Source of the DNA: Ancylonema sp.
Taxonomy: Eukaryota
Length of the DNA stretch: 64,000 bases
NCBI GenBank assembly: GCA_050230475.1
Contig: JBFLGF010000039.1
Location: forward strand, 1-64,000
Direction: 5' to 3'
Shown here: in pieces, positions 12,507-25,900 of the stretch
Numbering within the stretch: position 1 is the stretch's first letter
How the letters are laid out: every line of letters starts with the position of its first letter
Notes under the pieces: generated by a model
Database searches by the model: none
Told to the model about the DNA's origin: nothing
Seen by the model: only the letters and a program-made list of their open reading frames with translations
Translations under genes and position numbers: made by a program

Positions 12507-14102
12507 GCCATATTGAACTTCTGACATGTCATCGTCGTCTGCCTCTTCGGTGGCAGGGACTCTTTGTTGTCTCTTCGCCACCTCTTCGGTGGCAGTGAAC
12601 TCGTCTACCTCTTCGGCGGCAGGAAATACTTTTGACTTCAGACTACTCATAATTGCGTCGCTATCGATGCAAGGCAACCATGAAGGAATCACGACACACT
12701 CTTTAGAAAGCAAGCAGAATGTGCAAGCGTAGATGTTTATAATGTTGGTAGTAATTGGAATTGTCAAATGTCTGCAATTCTGTCTATATCGTGTTCACGA
12801 AGTTATAGACCTTATCTTCAAATAGCGGCGCCGTCAATCTGAGTCACTACATGTTTATGTCTAGTCATCGTTACCCCAAAAAGTGTTTGTTTCAAAAATG
12901 ATGACGCGACTACTGTAACATACGAGGACTATTTATAACGAACAATTCGATATGTCGATTTTACAATTATTTCCAACAAGCCATACAAATGATGGCAAAC
13001 GATGCCAAACGATGGGGCAGCATACAAAACCAATGACGGTGCAAAAAGAAACGATACGCCGTTTGGTCAACGCTCAAAATATCTCACATACTAGTAAGGG
13101 AATCCATTATAGTATAGATGTGAGTAAACCACCGCTACGCACCCACTCAAAAAAACCGTGGGCGGTCTGCGGGCGGGAAATGGCTTCGTTGGGAGTGTGC
13201 TTAGAAAGTTTACTAAGGTTCCGTTTATTGTGGATATATGAAAGAGTAAAAATAGAAGTTCAAAGAACGGGGTGAAGTACAATCTCTATTCTATTACACG
13301 CCAAAATAATACTCCAAGAAGCATATATCAATAAAAAAAAAGTTTTGAATTCAATTACATGCGGTGTGTAAATTTGTATATGGCAAACTGTTTAGCAGCA
13401 CTTGCGAGCGGAGACAGGCGGAATTATCCACACTCTTTGGAAATGTGTTTATGAATCATAGAGTTGGGCATCCAAATTTTTGTAACAATACTAAATGACC
13501 GTAAACTTCATGCGCAATGAGCTTCATTTTTTATGCGATTGATTGTGCACACTCCCGAGTTCTCGAGTTTCGAAATCATGTCTCTACCTTGGTGAATATT
13601 TTGTAAGCGATGACATTATGAAAGCGTTGAATAGAAGAATTGTTGAATGCTTATGAAGCAGGTGCGAAGTGTCCTCAAATTCAAGTTACAAGTGAAAAAG
13701 GATTCGGATATTTAGCCCGAATTGACACTAGCTCAATTGTTGTTGTCCGAAATTTTCAAGAAAAATCTTGAAAGTCATTGATGTAATGTTTGCACTCCTA
13801 ATTCTAATCTTTGAGACGGGCATCCAAACGCTAGAGAGTTTGCTTGCTCAACTACGACGGTATGCACGTTAGTACATGGGTCCTAGCGGTAGTCCACGCA
13901 CTTTGTCCGTGTTTTATATTACGGTGATATTTTTCGCTATAGCCGGTGCACGCCTAGTGACGTGCCGAATTGAGTCGACATGAAACTTGTCGATGAAACT
14001 TGAAAAAACATGAAATCGACATATTTTTGAAGAATCCGGAAAACTTTCAAACTTGTAACTTTTTATGATTCTCGTTTCTTTCTTAAACTTGTCACACAAT
14101 TT

Positions 14103-15371
14103 TGTCTTTATTTTGTAATAACATTGAAGGTTTCATATTTGTCTACTACTAAGAATGAAGGTTGCAGCACTCGTAGTCCTCATTCGGTTTTACTAGAGTG
14201 ATGTGTTGATTCAGTCTCAATTGATAGATATAGAGAATGGATGACTTTTACTATATGTGACTTATCAAAGGACTTTACCAGAGTCATTGCTCACTAAAGA
14301 CTGAGATGCGCTTAACGAGACACGTTGGAAGGTCTGATAATACAACGTACGGTTGATCAAGTAGCGCAGCTATTTATTTTCACAACACGTGACAACTAAG
14401 ATGGCAAACTACAAGGAAAACAACCGATGATTTTCTACGGATGGTTGCAAGAATTTAGACAATGCTTTAGGTTGCGCGAATCGGGCTGATGAATTATCTG
14501 AAGTGAAGAGATGACAACTCGAGCACGTAGATCAAACGATTTTTCAAATCAATGAAAGGCAATTGCGGGCCCATAACAACGTAATATATATACCCGTAAT
14601 ATATACCCATATGCATACCCATATATATACCCATAATAACGTAATTTAGTTTGAAACGGTTTTTTCGAAGTCAGTGAATCTGCTGGTAAACAACTTGCAA
14701 GCATAAGAGCGATAGCAAGGGTGAAATTGATTTTGGTCAAACGAAAATGAGAGAAAGCACAACTCACGTTTTAAACTACACGTACGCAAAATAATTACGA
14801 TGTAGATAGCATGTAGGGACCATAAATTGCAAGACATCACTCACGTCAGCGAAGCGATGAATTGCTCGTGGAGTACACAAGATGTTAATGGCCGAAGGCG
14901 AGAGTGACGATAGCAAAATATTACACAGGGACTGCAAAATATGGATTGTTGCAAAAAGATCTTGAAACTCAAAAACCGTAAATTGACAGCGGAAGTTGGC
15001 AATTATGAAAGGTATTTTTCCTTTTGAACCATCGACGTGGCGGTTCTAGAACTCGCGCGCGGAAATGTCAGAGATCGAAATCCGATTAAGGGCTGAGATT
15101 AAATCAATCAACTAGATAAGGTTCTATCAATCTAGGATATTATACTAGCACGGGCGACAACTCAGCTAATTTGGTTGACTGGCTATTTTGACTGGCCGAC
15201 TCGGCGCGTACCGAAATCAACCACTTTTATCGATAGGCTGGCATACGTGGAATTAACTTCTGAAAATTGCTAAAGAGGCTTCATGGATATTAAAAAAAAA
15301 ACAGATCTCACGTTAACTTGTTGCAAATCTTATATAACAACACTTGTCGTTTATAACGACGAAAATCGACA
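14103..15371 (-). mobile_element. Old solo LTR-like repeat (inverted homologue of 23285-24366 + 36034-36152)
   Basis: Minus strand starts TGTCGATTTTCGTCGTTATA and ends ...GACA; near-TSD AATTT/AACTT; colinear diverged blocks match the second copy (e.g. CTTCCGCTGTCA, GCATCTCAG, TTGATAAGTCACATA). Confidence 0.55.
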
Positions 15372-16439
15372 AACTTCGAAAATACACTAAAAGGTTAATT
15401 TCTTCCTAACGACATATACCAGCATGACATTCGTTGTAGCTCCTTTCCGTTGCTTGTAGGATTTTACTCGTGGGCCCGTAGGCCGGATAGCTTTTCCACT
15501 CGCCACTCGAATTGAATAGTAAGGAGGTAATTGAGATTGTAACGTCGTATGGATGTAAGTAGCTTGTGCCTTAAACACGAGTAGGCGGGCAACCATTCTC
15601 ACGATTGGTGCATGCAATCAAAAGTTTGGAGCTAATGTTATTACTTGATTCCGCCATCGATGCAAGAATTGTAGCACTTAACTAATCTTGAATCAGCAAT
15701 CACAACAATGCAAAGTACACTTCAACTAAAAAAAGAAACTTTGCGATAAGAGAATTGACCAGAAGCTTGGAGAGAATCCTATGCCCTAAACACAAAAGTG
15801 AGACAACATTAAAATTTCGGCGCCGCCAGAGATCGAATATGCTAAAACCTAAATATAAGTGACAAGCCATTGAACCTTATCGACAAGCGGATAAAAGTAC
15901 CGTTGACAAAATATGTCAAGTTGTTGTGAGTTGTGCAAGAGGTCATAAATAGGTTCTGTCACTAACACCCACTGGTGGTGGATTGTGGAGTGGCAAGGAG
16001 GGGATGCCTTCAATGGACGGGTGGTGTTTGATGCCACTGGATGCAGTGCAGCCATCCAACAACAAACTTTGTAAACGGTCAAGGGGATCAGTTTCTTAAA
16101 CAGCACACCCTCATGCACTCAGCTCTGAGCTCTCCCCTCTCCTCCCTCACCCCTTGTACAGCGCCCGTGAATTCACATCTCTGCCCGTCTCGCAGCCGCT
16201 TCACATGGCGCGCAAAGTCTGCGTCCGCAGCCCACCACTCGAGGTGGCTCGAGGTGGGGTACAGGGAGCTACAAAAAAGTGTAAAGAAAAAGAATCAGTA
16301 TCGTCATTTCCAGGGAGAAGAGGGAGCGGTTGGACATAAAAATATTCACAGCAGTATATCAGGAGCCAAATGTTACATACGAAATATATTTACTATGTGT
16401 CAAAGACAATGTATGATGACTGTATGGCGAAGGTGGTCT

Positions 16440-19400
16440 TCAAACGATTTGTCACTTAACACGGTAGCGCACGAGTTCAATGCTTTACAATACAATACAA
16501 AACAAGACAAAATAACTGTACGATAAAGCACCAGCGATTCGGTATGATTGTGAAATGTAATTAGAACAGTGTTCTCGTCGGGTTAATGTACCCGACGAGG
16601 CGACAACGGTACAATGATTAGTGGACACTTTTCTAGCCGACGGTCGGAACTATTGATGCCACCGCACGTGTGTCCACGGCAACATGCCGGCGGACTCGAC
16701 TGACACCACACAAATCCAGCTAATGGGGTGGTGACACCGCCTACCATTCTACAACGACTACTAGCTAGGTCACGTCCGTACAAGTGTGGACGTGCCGTGT
16801 GCGGACGGATACCCGGGTATTGCATTCACGGCTCCGTGTCCTAAAAGACTTTAAGGCAATTAATCCGGACAAGGCAAACAATTTATTAATGTGCCTATCC
16901 GAACTCAATTCCTAACACACCCCCTCGGATGCACAGCCTTGTTTGGCATTGTCTAGTGCAAAAGAGGACTACCCTACATACCGTGTAGCCGGGTAGTTGG
17001 TCTTCCTTAGTCAAATATCAAACTAGGGGCTCCTATCTATGTCATTTCAAATCACCACGCTTGAACTTGAAGCGCTCCCCCTCCTTGTCGTTTTTCGGGC
17101 CGAGGCCCTGAACATACAAACAAAAACAACAAGTTAGTCGACAAACAAAAACAGAAAAAGTTCATTTTTCACTTTCCAAATTTTAGTCAGAAAATTCAAA
17201 CTTGCATAACTTCTTGAAAACATAACAAAACAATCTCAGATTTCGATACAACACTCACAAAGGCAATAGAAATATATATGCCAAAATTCAGCTTCAAAAA
17301 AGTTCATATGTAAAAGTTCAATTTTCAGACTTCAACTTTTTCAGAATTTTTTGGACTTGAAACATTTGAGAGTTGGAGTTGGAGTTGAGAGTTGGAAGGG
17401 ACTCAGCTTTGAAAACAGTAGTAGTCCTCCACTCTGCATCACACAAATCACCCCCTGCCAGACTAGGCAGTGGATCCGAAAGCTCCTCATTAGCACCACC
17501 TGTTTATTTGACTTTCCCAAAACCTACAAACTTCGTATGCCTATCTAGCAAGAGTTATGGCAGGGCCTTAGTCAACATATCTGCAGGTTGCAGTTCCCCA
17601 CTAAGATGCACATATCTCAGTCTACCCTTTCTCTGGCACTCCCTGACCCAATGATAGACCACGTTAAAGTGTTTGGCCTTTTGGCGTTGGACGGGGTTGA
17701 TGATCATGGACAAGGCTGAGTTTGAGTCCGTATGAACAGTAATCTGGACTGGCATCTTAAGCTCATGCAGGAGTGACTTAAGGTAGCTGCACTCTTTACT
17801 GACACTACAAGCTGCAATATACTCTGCTGCTGCCGTACTTTGTGCCACGGTGGAGTGCTTCTGACTCTTCCAGCAGAGGGCTGTCCCTCCTACTGTGGTG
17901 ACCCATCCTGTGAGTGACTTAGCTGTCATTGGGCAACTGTTGTAACTCGCATCACAAAACCCCTTAATCTCCAAGCGTTTCTTGCCTATAAACGTAAGAC
18001 CGTGATCCTGAGTACCCTTTAGATAGCGGAAGAGGTGGTGAAGTGCCTTGATATGATTAGGGCCAGGGTTGGACATGTGTTTTGCTAGCACCCCTATAGT
18101 GTACGCAATGTCTAACCTGGTGTGTTTCATAGCATAGATTAAACTTCCTATCTTCCCTCTAAAGTCTGTGATAGCTTCAGGGGTAGGGGGGGAGGAGGGT
18201 TCATCACTTAGGGAGAATTGGATTCTAGGGGCAAGGGGAAGTTTGGTGGGGTTACAGTCCCCCATACCATACCGATCTAGCACTTGCCGCACGTACCCGC
18301 CCTGAAAAACCGTTAGCATCCTGCACCCCCTGTCACGTCTCACTTCCACCCCCAGGATGTGGGTTAGGGGACCTAAGTCTTTCATTTTGAAAGCTGACCC
18401 TAACTCCTTCTTGAACTCAGCAATGACCTTTTTATTAGGACCTACAATGACGTGATCATCTACATGAATACCCAAAATAATTATGCTTTGACCCTCACCC
18501 CTGGTATATATACAAGTGTCCATAATAGACTGTTGGAACCCCACTTTCAGCATGAACTCACTAAACATCTTAGCCCAGACGTGGCTACTCTGTTTAGGGC
18601 CATATAGGGCACCTCGCACTCCTAACACCTTGCCCTCACTACCACCTGGGATTTTCATACCCGGGGGAATCGTCATGTGAACCTCTTCCTCTGGCCTGCC
18701 ATGTAAAAAGGCAGTTACTACGTCCATACCCTCAATCTCCCAGTCATTCTGGTTAGCTATAGCAAGCAGCAAGGAAATGGAAGTGCTATCTACGACAAGT
18801 GCAAAAACCTCGTTATAGTCTACACCCTCTTGCTGCAGAAATCCCTGAGCTACCAGCCTGACCCTAGGCCTCTCGATCTCACGAGAAGGCAAGAGTTTGA
18901 GTTCGAAAACGTACTTAGAACCAACAAGCCGCTTTCCGGGGGGAAGCACACACACTTTGAAAGTTTTGAAGTCCTCCAGCGACTGCAACTCAGTCTGAAT
19001 TGCGTCCTCCCACTGCTGCCAGTCAGGTCTTTTCTTTGCTTGGTTAAGGGTGAGTGGGTCAGAAGAGTTTGTTGTCTGGCTAGCAAGAACAGAACCTGGA
19101 TCAACTGGCCCATTAAAACCCGTGAAAAAACAAGAAGGCTCAAAGTTGTCAACAGGCATCTGCCCACATGCAATAGCGTCAATGACATCCTCATCCAACT
19201 CTTCCCCATCACATCAACACACATCCCCAAACTCAGCAAAGTTTACCCGTCGCCTCGCCATCACGCGATCCGCGATGCTGTGCTCCTCCACCCCCGCTTC
19301 AGCACCCCCTCCTTCACCACCCCCTCCTTGCACCTCTTACTCCTCATCCCCACCCCCCATATCATTGACCCCTGACTCCCTCCGAGAGCTCGATGACTTC

Positions 19401-22400
19401 CGGCTGGTGTGGTTGGACGGCTGGTACATGGGCTGCAAGGATTGCTGGGACATGGCTTGGTGCTCTGGCTGCTGCTAGGTCGTCATCTTCTCCACACGGG
19501 AAGAGCTTAAAAAACTACTCATCTGAGGGAGGTGAAAGTGGCTGCGCTGCTGCCTTCTGCCCCATCAATCGGGGGTAGCCTGGCACGGAGTCGTAGAAGC
19601 GCACGTCCGTCCTCACAATGAGACTAGCTCGCAAGGGATCGAAAATTTTGTACCCTGCCTGCCTAGCTGCCATCCCCAGAAACACCCCAAAAGCTCTCCC
19701 AGATGCAAACTTAGCACTCTTAGGATCTTTATCGTGTCCAACCTTCAAATACTAGACCAGGCACCCGAATGTGTGGGTGTCCTGATACCTAACCTTCTTC
19801 CTCGACCAAACCTCAATCGGTTTCTCACCCCCCAATGTTGCTGTTGGTGACCTAGTCCTGAGCCATTTTGCATGCAACACAGCAACATCCCAATAAGACT
19901 TAGGCAGTCCACTCCACAGCAAGAGCATCTCACCTTCTATAGCAAGGTTCTATTTAGCCGTTCACAAATCCCATTCTGTTCAGGATTGTACGGACCTGTC
20001 AACTCATGCTTCAACCCTTGACTCTTAGCAAACTTAGTCCACTCAATGTGAGTCATACTCCCCTCCCATGTCAGTCTTGATCGACTTAAGCGGTAAATCA
20101 GACTCGACCTCAAGCATCTGGACCAAATCCTTGGTAACTTCCAGTGCCTCACTCTTTTTCTTTAGCAGACTCACGAAATACACTCTTGTGCTGACCTCTA
20201 TCCCTGACTGGAAATACTGGTACCCCCCATTTGCTGACACTATAGACAAAGGCCCTACCAGATCCAAGTGGATTCTCCCCATCTTCTGTGCATGACCTAG
20301 ATCCTCATCAGTGTCCGACCTAGACCGATGTGGCAACTGAGTCATCTTGCCCTGGCAACAAATCTGACAGTTCTTAACCTGCTCGACCTCTCCACAGTCA
20401 GTCTCGGTATATCGCCACTTCTAGACATGTCTGACATAGCATGAAGACTAGGGTGACCCAGTCTGATGTGCCACACCATGCCAGTAGGCGTGGTTAGTGC
20501 CACCAATGGCTTTGAAGCTGTGGGTGGGAGATGAACGATATGCGCAAAAAGCAGGAGTAACCCTGAACTGGTTTTCATAACATCTGCCCACTTTTCACCC
20601 CCCAAAGACAGAGATGGCATCCCACTCTCACTGAGATTGAAGCCGATTTAAGCACCCTTGTTGAGTTTGTTGACGGAGACGAGGGTCTGGCCCAGCGATG
20701 GCACATGCAGCGACCGCAACCCATCGTAGAATTTCCGCTCTCCACAGGTCACCTAGATCGCGACGATGCCAATTCCCATGACCTGATGGGGTCTGTTATC
20801 AGCCGTTCTGACGAAGCTGCAGCTAAGGGGGACATTGGAGTCGTAGGAATGGAAGTGGTCGCGTCGAGGGAAGATGTGGTCCGTGGCCCCTCTGTCCAGG
20901 ATCAGATAATGCCCTTCCTGCGATGCCGATAGCTTTTGGATGCCGCTCGGGTAGACTGCCATCCCAAAATGCCCCTCTCCAACCCCTCCTCCGAAGTCGA
21001 GCGCAGCTTTTTCCAAGCTCTGCACTCTTCTAAAATTCACCCATCTGACTTGGCTTGCAGCATCCTGCCGCATTACGGTGCAGGTTTCATGCTCATGCCC
21101 GGGTCGCTTGCAGTAGGTACACGACAGGGCATTATGTTGTTGTTGTCCTCCTTGGTGCCGATTCTTCCCGTACTGCTAACCTCCACCACGCCCTCCACCA
21201 AATTGCTGCTGCCCCCCTTGATGTCGTCCCTGCCCTCTAGACTGCTGGCCGTCTTGCCGCAATGGTCGTCGGCAGTCTCGCATGAGGTGGTCTGGTTCGC
21301 CGCAGTTGTGGCATTTCTTCTGAGGTCCAGCTCCTCGAGCCTGGCCACCTCCCCCTCCGTGCGGACAGTTGGTACGATAGTAGCCAAATTGCTGGCAACC
21401 GTGGCAACGCACGTTGCTCAAATCTGGCCATTGCTGGGGCCTGCCGCTAGGTCCGGCTCCTCGAGATCCGCCGCAGTGCGTTTGCGGACCACCGAGAGGC
21501 TCGCCACGCCTCCGCGCGCTAAAGATCAGCTTCGTGTCCTTCCGCTTGAGAGCTGAGGTGATGTGGGGGATTGTGTAGAGGTTCGGTGAAGACTCTACCT
21601 AGCTCTGGACGACTTCCACCATGGAGTCGTATCGGGAGCTGAGGCAGTTGATTAAGTTGGTCGCTTGGTCTGCTTCGCTGACGGGCTTGCCGAGATGCGC
21701 GAGCTCTCCATGGATGACCTGCAGGCGTTTGACAAACTCTTGTAAGTCTTCAGCCTCACCCATCACCGTAGCACTGAGTTTAGCCAGGGCATTAGCTACT
21801 TCAATAGCGCCCTAGACTTCGTAAAAAGATGCAAGGTTGTTCCACATCTCATATGCGTAATCACAATCTCTAACATGGACCTGCTCTGACGGACCTAAGA
21901 ACCTAACAATGTAGGCCTGCGCCTTTAAATCCTGCGCATCCCATTCATCCACAAGCAAATTTATGGCATCGACGTTCTGTTGGTGTGTATTAGCAGCAGC
22001 TCTTCGAGCTGCATCATTACCAGGCAATGAATCGATTGCTGCCTGTGTCAACGGCTCGACAACAGCCGGGCGAGGTATTCTCGTCCTCCCTTTGAAGTCG
22101 AGCACATACCGAGGCAGCTCCTTCTCGACCAAGCCGAACCTGACCTTGAAAGCCCACCCTTGGTATACTGCTCCGGTGACCTAGGGGATGTTACTCTTAT
22201 CCGCCATCTGCACCAAGGTTAATACAAAAATTCCCACACAAAGATGCAGCAGCTAGCAGCTCTAGAAAAAAATTGGCGGCAATTTGCACATACAGCTCAA
22301 ATCTCACAACACAAATAACAGAAAATAAGAGCAAAACGTAATTCACAAATTACGAGCCTAGCAATTCCAGATCTTATTGCCCTAACAATAAGGCACAATT

Positions 22401-22971
22401 TACCATGATTTCCAGAGCATTTTTGCCTCACAGTAAAAACGTGGAAATCCATAGGATCCGACCGCTCAGATGTCCTAGACAATCTGTGGGCACATAATCT
22501 AAAACTATTTGTCACTTAACACGGTAGCGCACAAGTTCAATGTTTTACAACACAAGACAAAATAAATGTACGATAAAGCACCAACGATTCGGTATGATTG
22601 TGAAATTTAATTAGAAAAGTGTTCTCGTCGGGCTAATGTACCCGACGAGACGACAACGGTACAATGATTACGGGACACTTTTCTAGCCGACGGTCGGAAC
22701 TATCGACCGTCGTCGTGCCCCCGCTCGTGTGTCCACGGCAACATGCCGGACTCGACTGTCACCACACAAATCAAGCTAATGGAGTGGTGACACCGCCTAG
22801 TATTCTACAACGACTACTAGCTAGCACGTCCGTCCAAGTGTGGACGTGCCGTGTGCGGACGGATACCCGGGTATAGCATTCCCGGCTCCGTGTCCTAAAA
22901 GACTCTAAGGCAATTAATCCGGACAAGGCAAACAAGTTATTAATGTGCCTATCCGAACTCAATTCCTAACA
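16440..22971 (-). mobile_element. Ty1/copia LTR retrotransposon A (full length, degenerate)
   Basis: LTRs 16440-16917 and 22500-22971; TSD GGTCT (16435-16439, 22972-22976); PPT GAGGGGGTG; PBS GATTATGTGCCCAC; domain order gag-PR-INT-RT-RH with stops and frameshifts. Confidence 0.95.
17555..22207 (-). pseudogene. Copia A gag-pol (RT-RNase H ORF 17555-19198 still open)
   Basis: CCHC knuckles, ILDRGATDH protease, WHIRLGH, RIHLDLVGP/KTDMGGE/NGICER integrase, RLVAQGF, HVDD, FCDAS, ADMLTKAL. Confidence 0.92.
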
Positions 22972-25900
22972 GGTCTATCAACATATGCCGAGAAAAAAAC
23001 ACGTGTTAAGATACCTGTACCTTAACAACATCATACATTTGTTGATACATAAGATGGTATGCCAGGTGTCCTTTACCTACACTCTTCTGCCCCCTTGGTG
23101 GCATCCACCAGTTTTTGGAAGTGAGCGTGGACCACGAAGTTGGTGGAGGTCATCTCCAACCGCGGCTCAAACGCATCCGTTGAAACTTATCGCCGCATGG
23201 CGATACAGTCATGCCGCTAGAGATCGTTAGAAAGTAAAGACTTGTTAATTGTCGATCCGCTTGAAAAATAACAATTTTGGTAACAGTCGATTTTTCATCG
23301 TTATATCGAACTCTGTTGTTACATGAGTTGCGATTAGTCAGACGTTTGATTTTATAATTTTCTTATATTCAGTGATTCTAGAAAAGTCGGATTACAAAAT
23401 TTTAGACTTTTATTCAAAGTATTTTGTCGTATCGACGACTTGAAAGATTCCCAGTGCTCGCCGAGTTAATTTCAGTCAGCCAGCCTGGCTAGTGAGCTCC
23501 CGCACCTGTAAAATTTAGAACTCTAGAATAGATTGTCGAGATTACTTGTCTAGTCGATATTTGTTTTCAGCCTTAGATCAAGATAATATCTCAAATATTC
23601 CGCGTGCGAAACGCCGCGTCGATTGTACTAGGGCAAAAAATCGCTTTCTGAACTGCCATCTTCCGCTGTCAGTTTACGTTGTGTGAGTTTCAACAAACTC
23701 TTTTGCAATCGTCACCCTGTTGCAATCCGTGTGAATTCGAGTATTCTGACATCGTTTACTATCGTTATCAAGTGTGCCGTTTCGCCTTCGATATTCGCTG
23801 TGATTTCTTGCAAGCTTCGCGTCGTTTCATTCAGCCGTAAGTTTTTGAGAAATTACTTGCTTACTTGTGCGTGTTGCCGCATCTCAAGTAACTAAAAAGC
23901 CGTGTGCCGTTTCGCATACGCATCGTGTGAAATTCCGCCGTAGTCAGAATTATTGTTACCCTTGCAATATCGTGACCTTTGCAAGTCGTTGATTGCCAAC
24001 CGCCTTGCTGACGTCAAAAATCGTTACAAGTTCGCTGCACCGTTTCGTGCAAGCTTAGCCAGACAATTCACCGCTTGAATTGTCTGCACCCGTTACTGAA
24101 TTTGTGAATCGTTCATTCACCGCAACGCTTGATTTATCGTGACCAATATCGTGTGTTTATTCTAAAGCAACCAATCATCGATCTTTATGCAACCCTTGTA
24201 TAAATTCTATAACTATTTGCCTTGAATCCCATCACCAGTAGCTGTCGCGTATTGTGAAGTGTTGTGATCAGGGATTCCTGATTAACCTCAGTATTGTTTT
24301 ACAAGACCTCCCAATACTTTGTGTTGAGTGCATCTCAGCTTTCGGCGAGTAGTAGCTACGGCAAACCGTTAGTTTTTAGGGGCTGTGAACGTTTTTCGTT
24401 ATATCGATTTTAGCAATACCGGGAATTTAGCTTTAGTTTTTTCATTATTCAGCAAATGCAGGCTGCAGGCCGGCTGCAGGCCGATGTCCTTGTTTCATTG
24501 ATTACTTGGCCATCTAGCACAAGTTTTGATAAGAATAAGTTGATGTGGCAGAATGCTTACATATGATTGGCAGTTGAATAAGTAGTTTTGATATCAATAG
24601 ATCCTTTGACCAAGCAGCAATCGAATGTACTAGGTTTGGGCTTGCATGTTGAATTCGTTAATCAATACTTTCTACTTCAAACTTGCACTTTTGTTGTGTC
24701 AATGTTTGTAATGACGTGATCTGTTTGATTAAGAAGAAGTGAAATTTGTTCTTGCATCGATGGCAAAAGAAAGTTCTCACAGTGGTATCAGAGCAAGGTA
24801 CTACATTTTGGATGGAGACAAAGTTACCTTTCAAGCATGGAGATCTAAGGCCTCAACTGTTAGGACCAACTACTAGGCATCAACTACTCTTGATGATGCC
24901 GAGTGCCTTGAAATCTGCAAAGGAATAGAGATTATACCAACCGAGGTCACAGCCAGACTTGATGATGATCACTCGCCAACAAATGAGGCGGAAATGGAGC
25001 AGTACACACTTGATGTCAAAAGCTTCCGCAAAAGATCAAAGAAGGTAGTCATGCTACTCATGCAACTTGTCAGTGATCACATCGCTACATCACTTGAACA
25101 ATTTGAATGAGATCCAAAGGCGATGTGGGACTATCTCACAGAGGAATATGATAAGGTGTCTCCAAAACTTCGACAGATTGCAAAAGAAAAGCTGAACTCT
25201 TTCAGGATCGATGAAAAGATGCCAGTCAGAGAAATCAATAATACTTTTCTGTCAATCATCAGAGAGTGTGTACATCAAAAAATTCCAGTCAGCGCAGAAG
25301 ATTAGGTGATGGCATTATTTGCTGGCATGTCAAGAACAAAATACGGCATGGGAAGAAGCTTGTATCATGGGCAAAAAGAGGCACCTGGGATCAGCAAGAT
25401 CTGGGGGTAGATGGGAATGGATGAGCTGGACGACAAGAAAGAAAAATATGTCAAAGATGCTGAGGCACTAGTTGTAGAGGCAAACTATGCTAAGTGGTCA
25501 GCGCAAAAAAAAAGTTCAAGCCAAGACAGAGGTGGTGGTATCGACAATCGTGGAGGCAGGGGTACATTCAGGGGGTATTTAGCAGATAATCGTGGAATCA
25601 GAGGTGGTCGTGGAGGCAGAGGTGGAAGCAGTGGATCAAGTGGAGGACACTCCTGCTATACTTGTGGAGAGACACTACAGCAGAGATTGCTCCAAGAAAA
25701 ACGAAAAATGCAAATATTGTGGAGCCATTGGTCATGTGGAATTCACATGTTTCGACAAGAAAAACGAAGCTCCACGAATGTAGAGAAGAGGGGTTCGCAC
25801 AGGGAGGAAAACAGCTTTCGTTGGAGAAATTGATGAGGAGGAGGAAATGTTGCAGACGATGATGATGCAAAAAAAGGTTTTCTCTTCGACGATGGTTCCA

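Noticed and set aside
16450..22971. Canonical TG...CA boundaries for copia A starting at 16450 and 22510
   Set aside because: No TSD at that boundary; LTR similarity, TSD and PBS all fit the boundary 10 nt further out.
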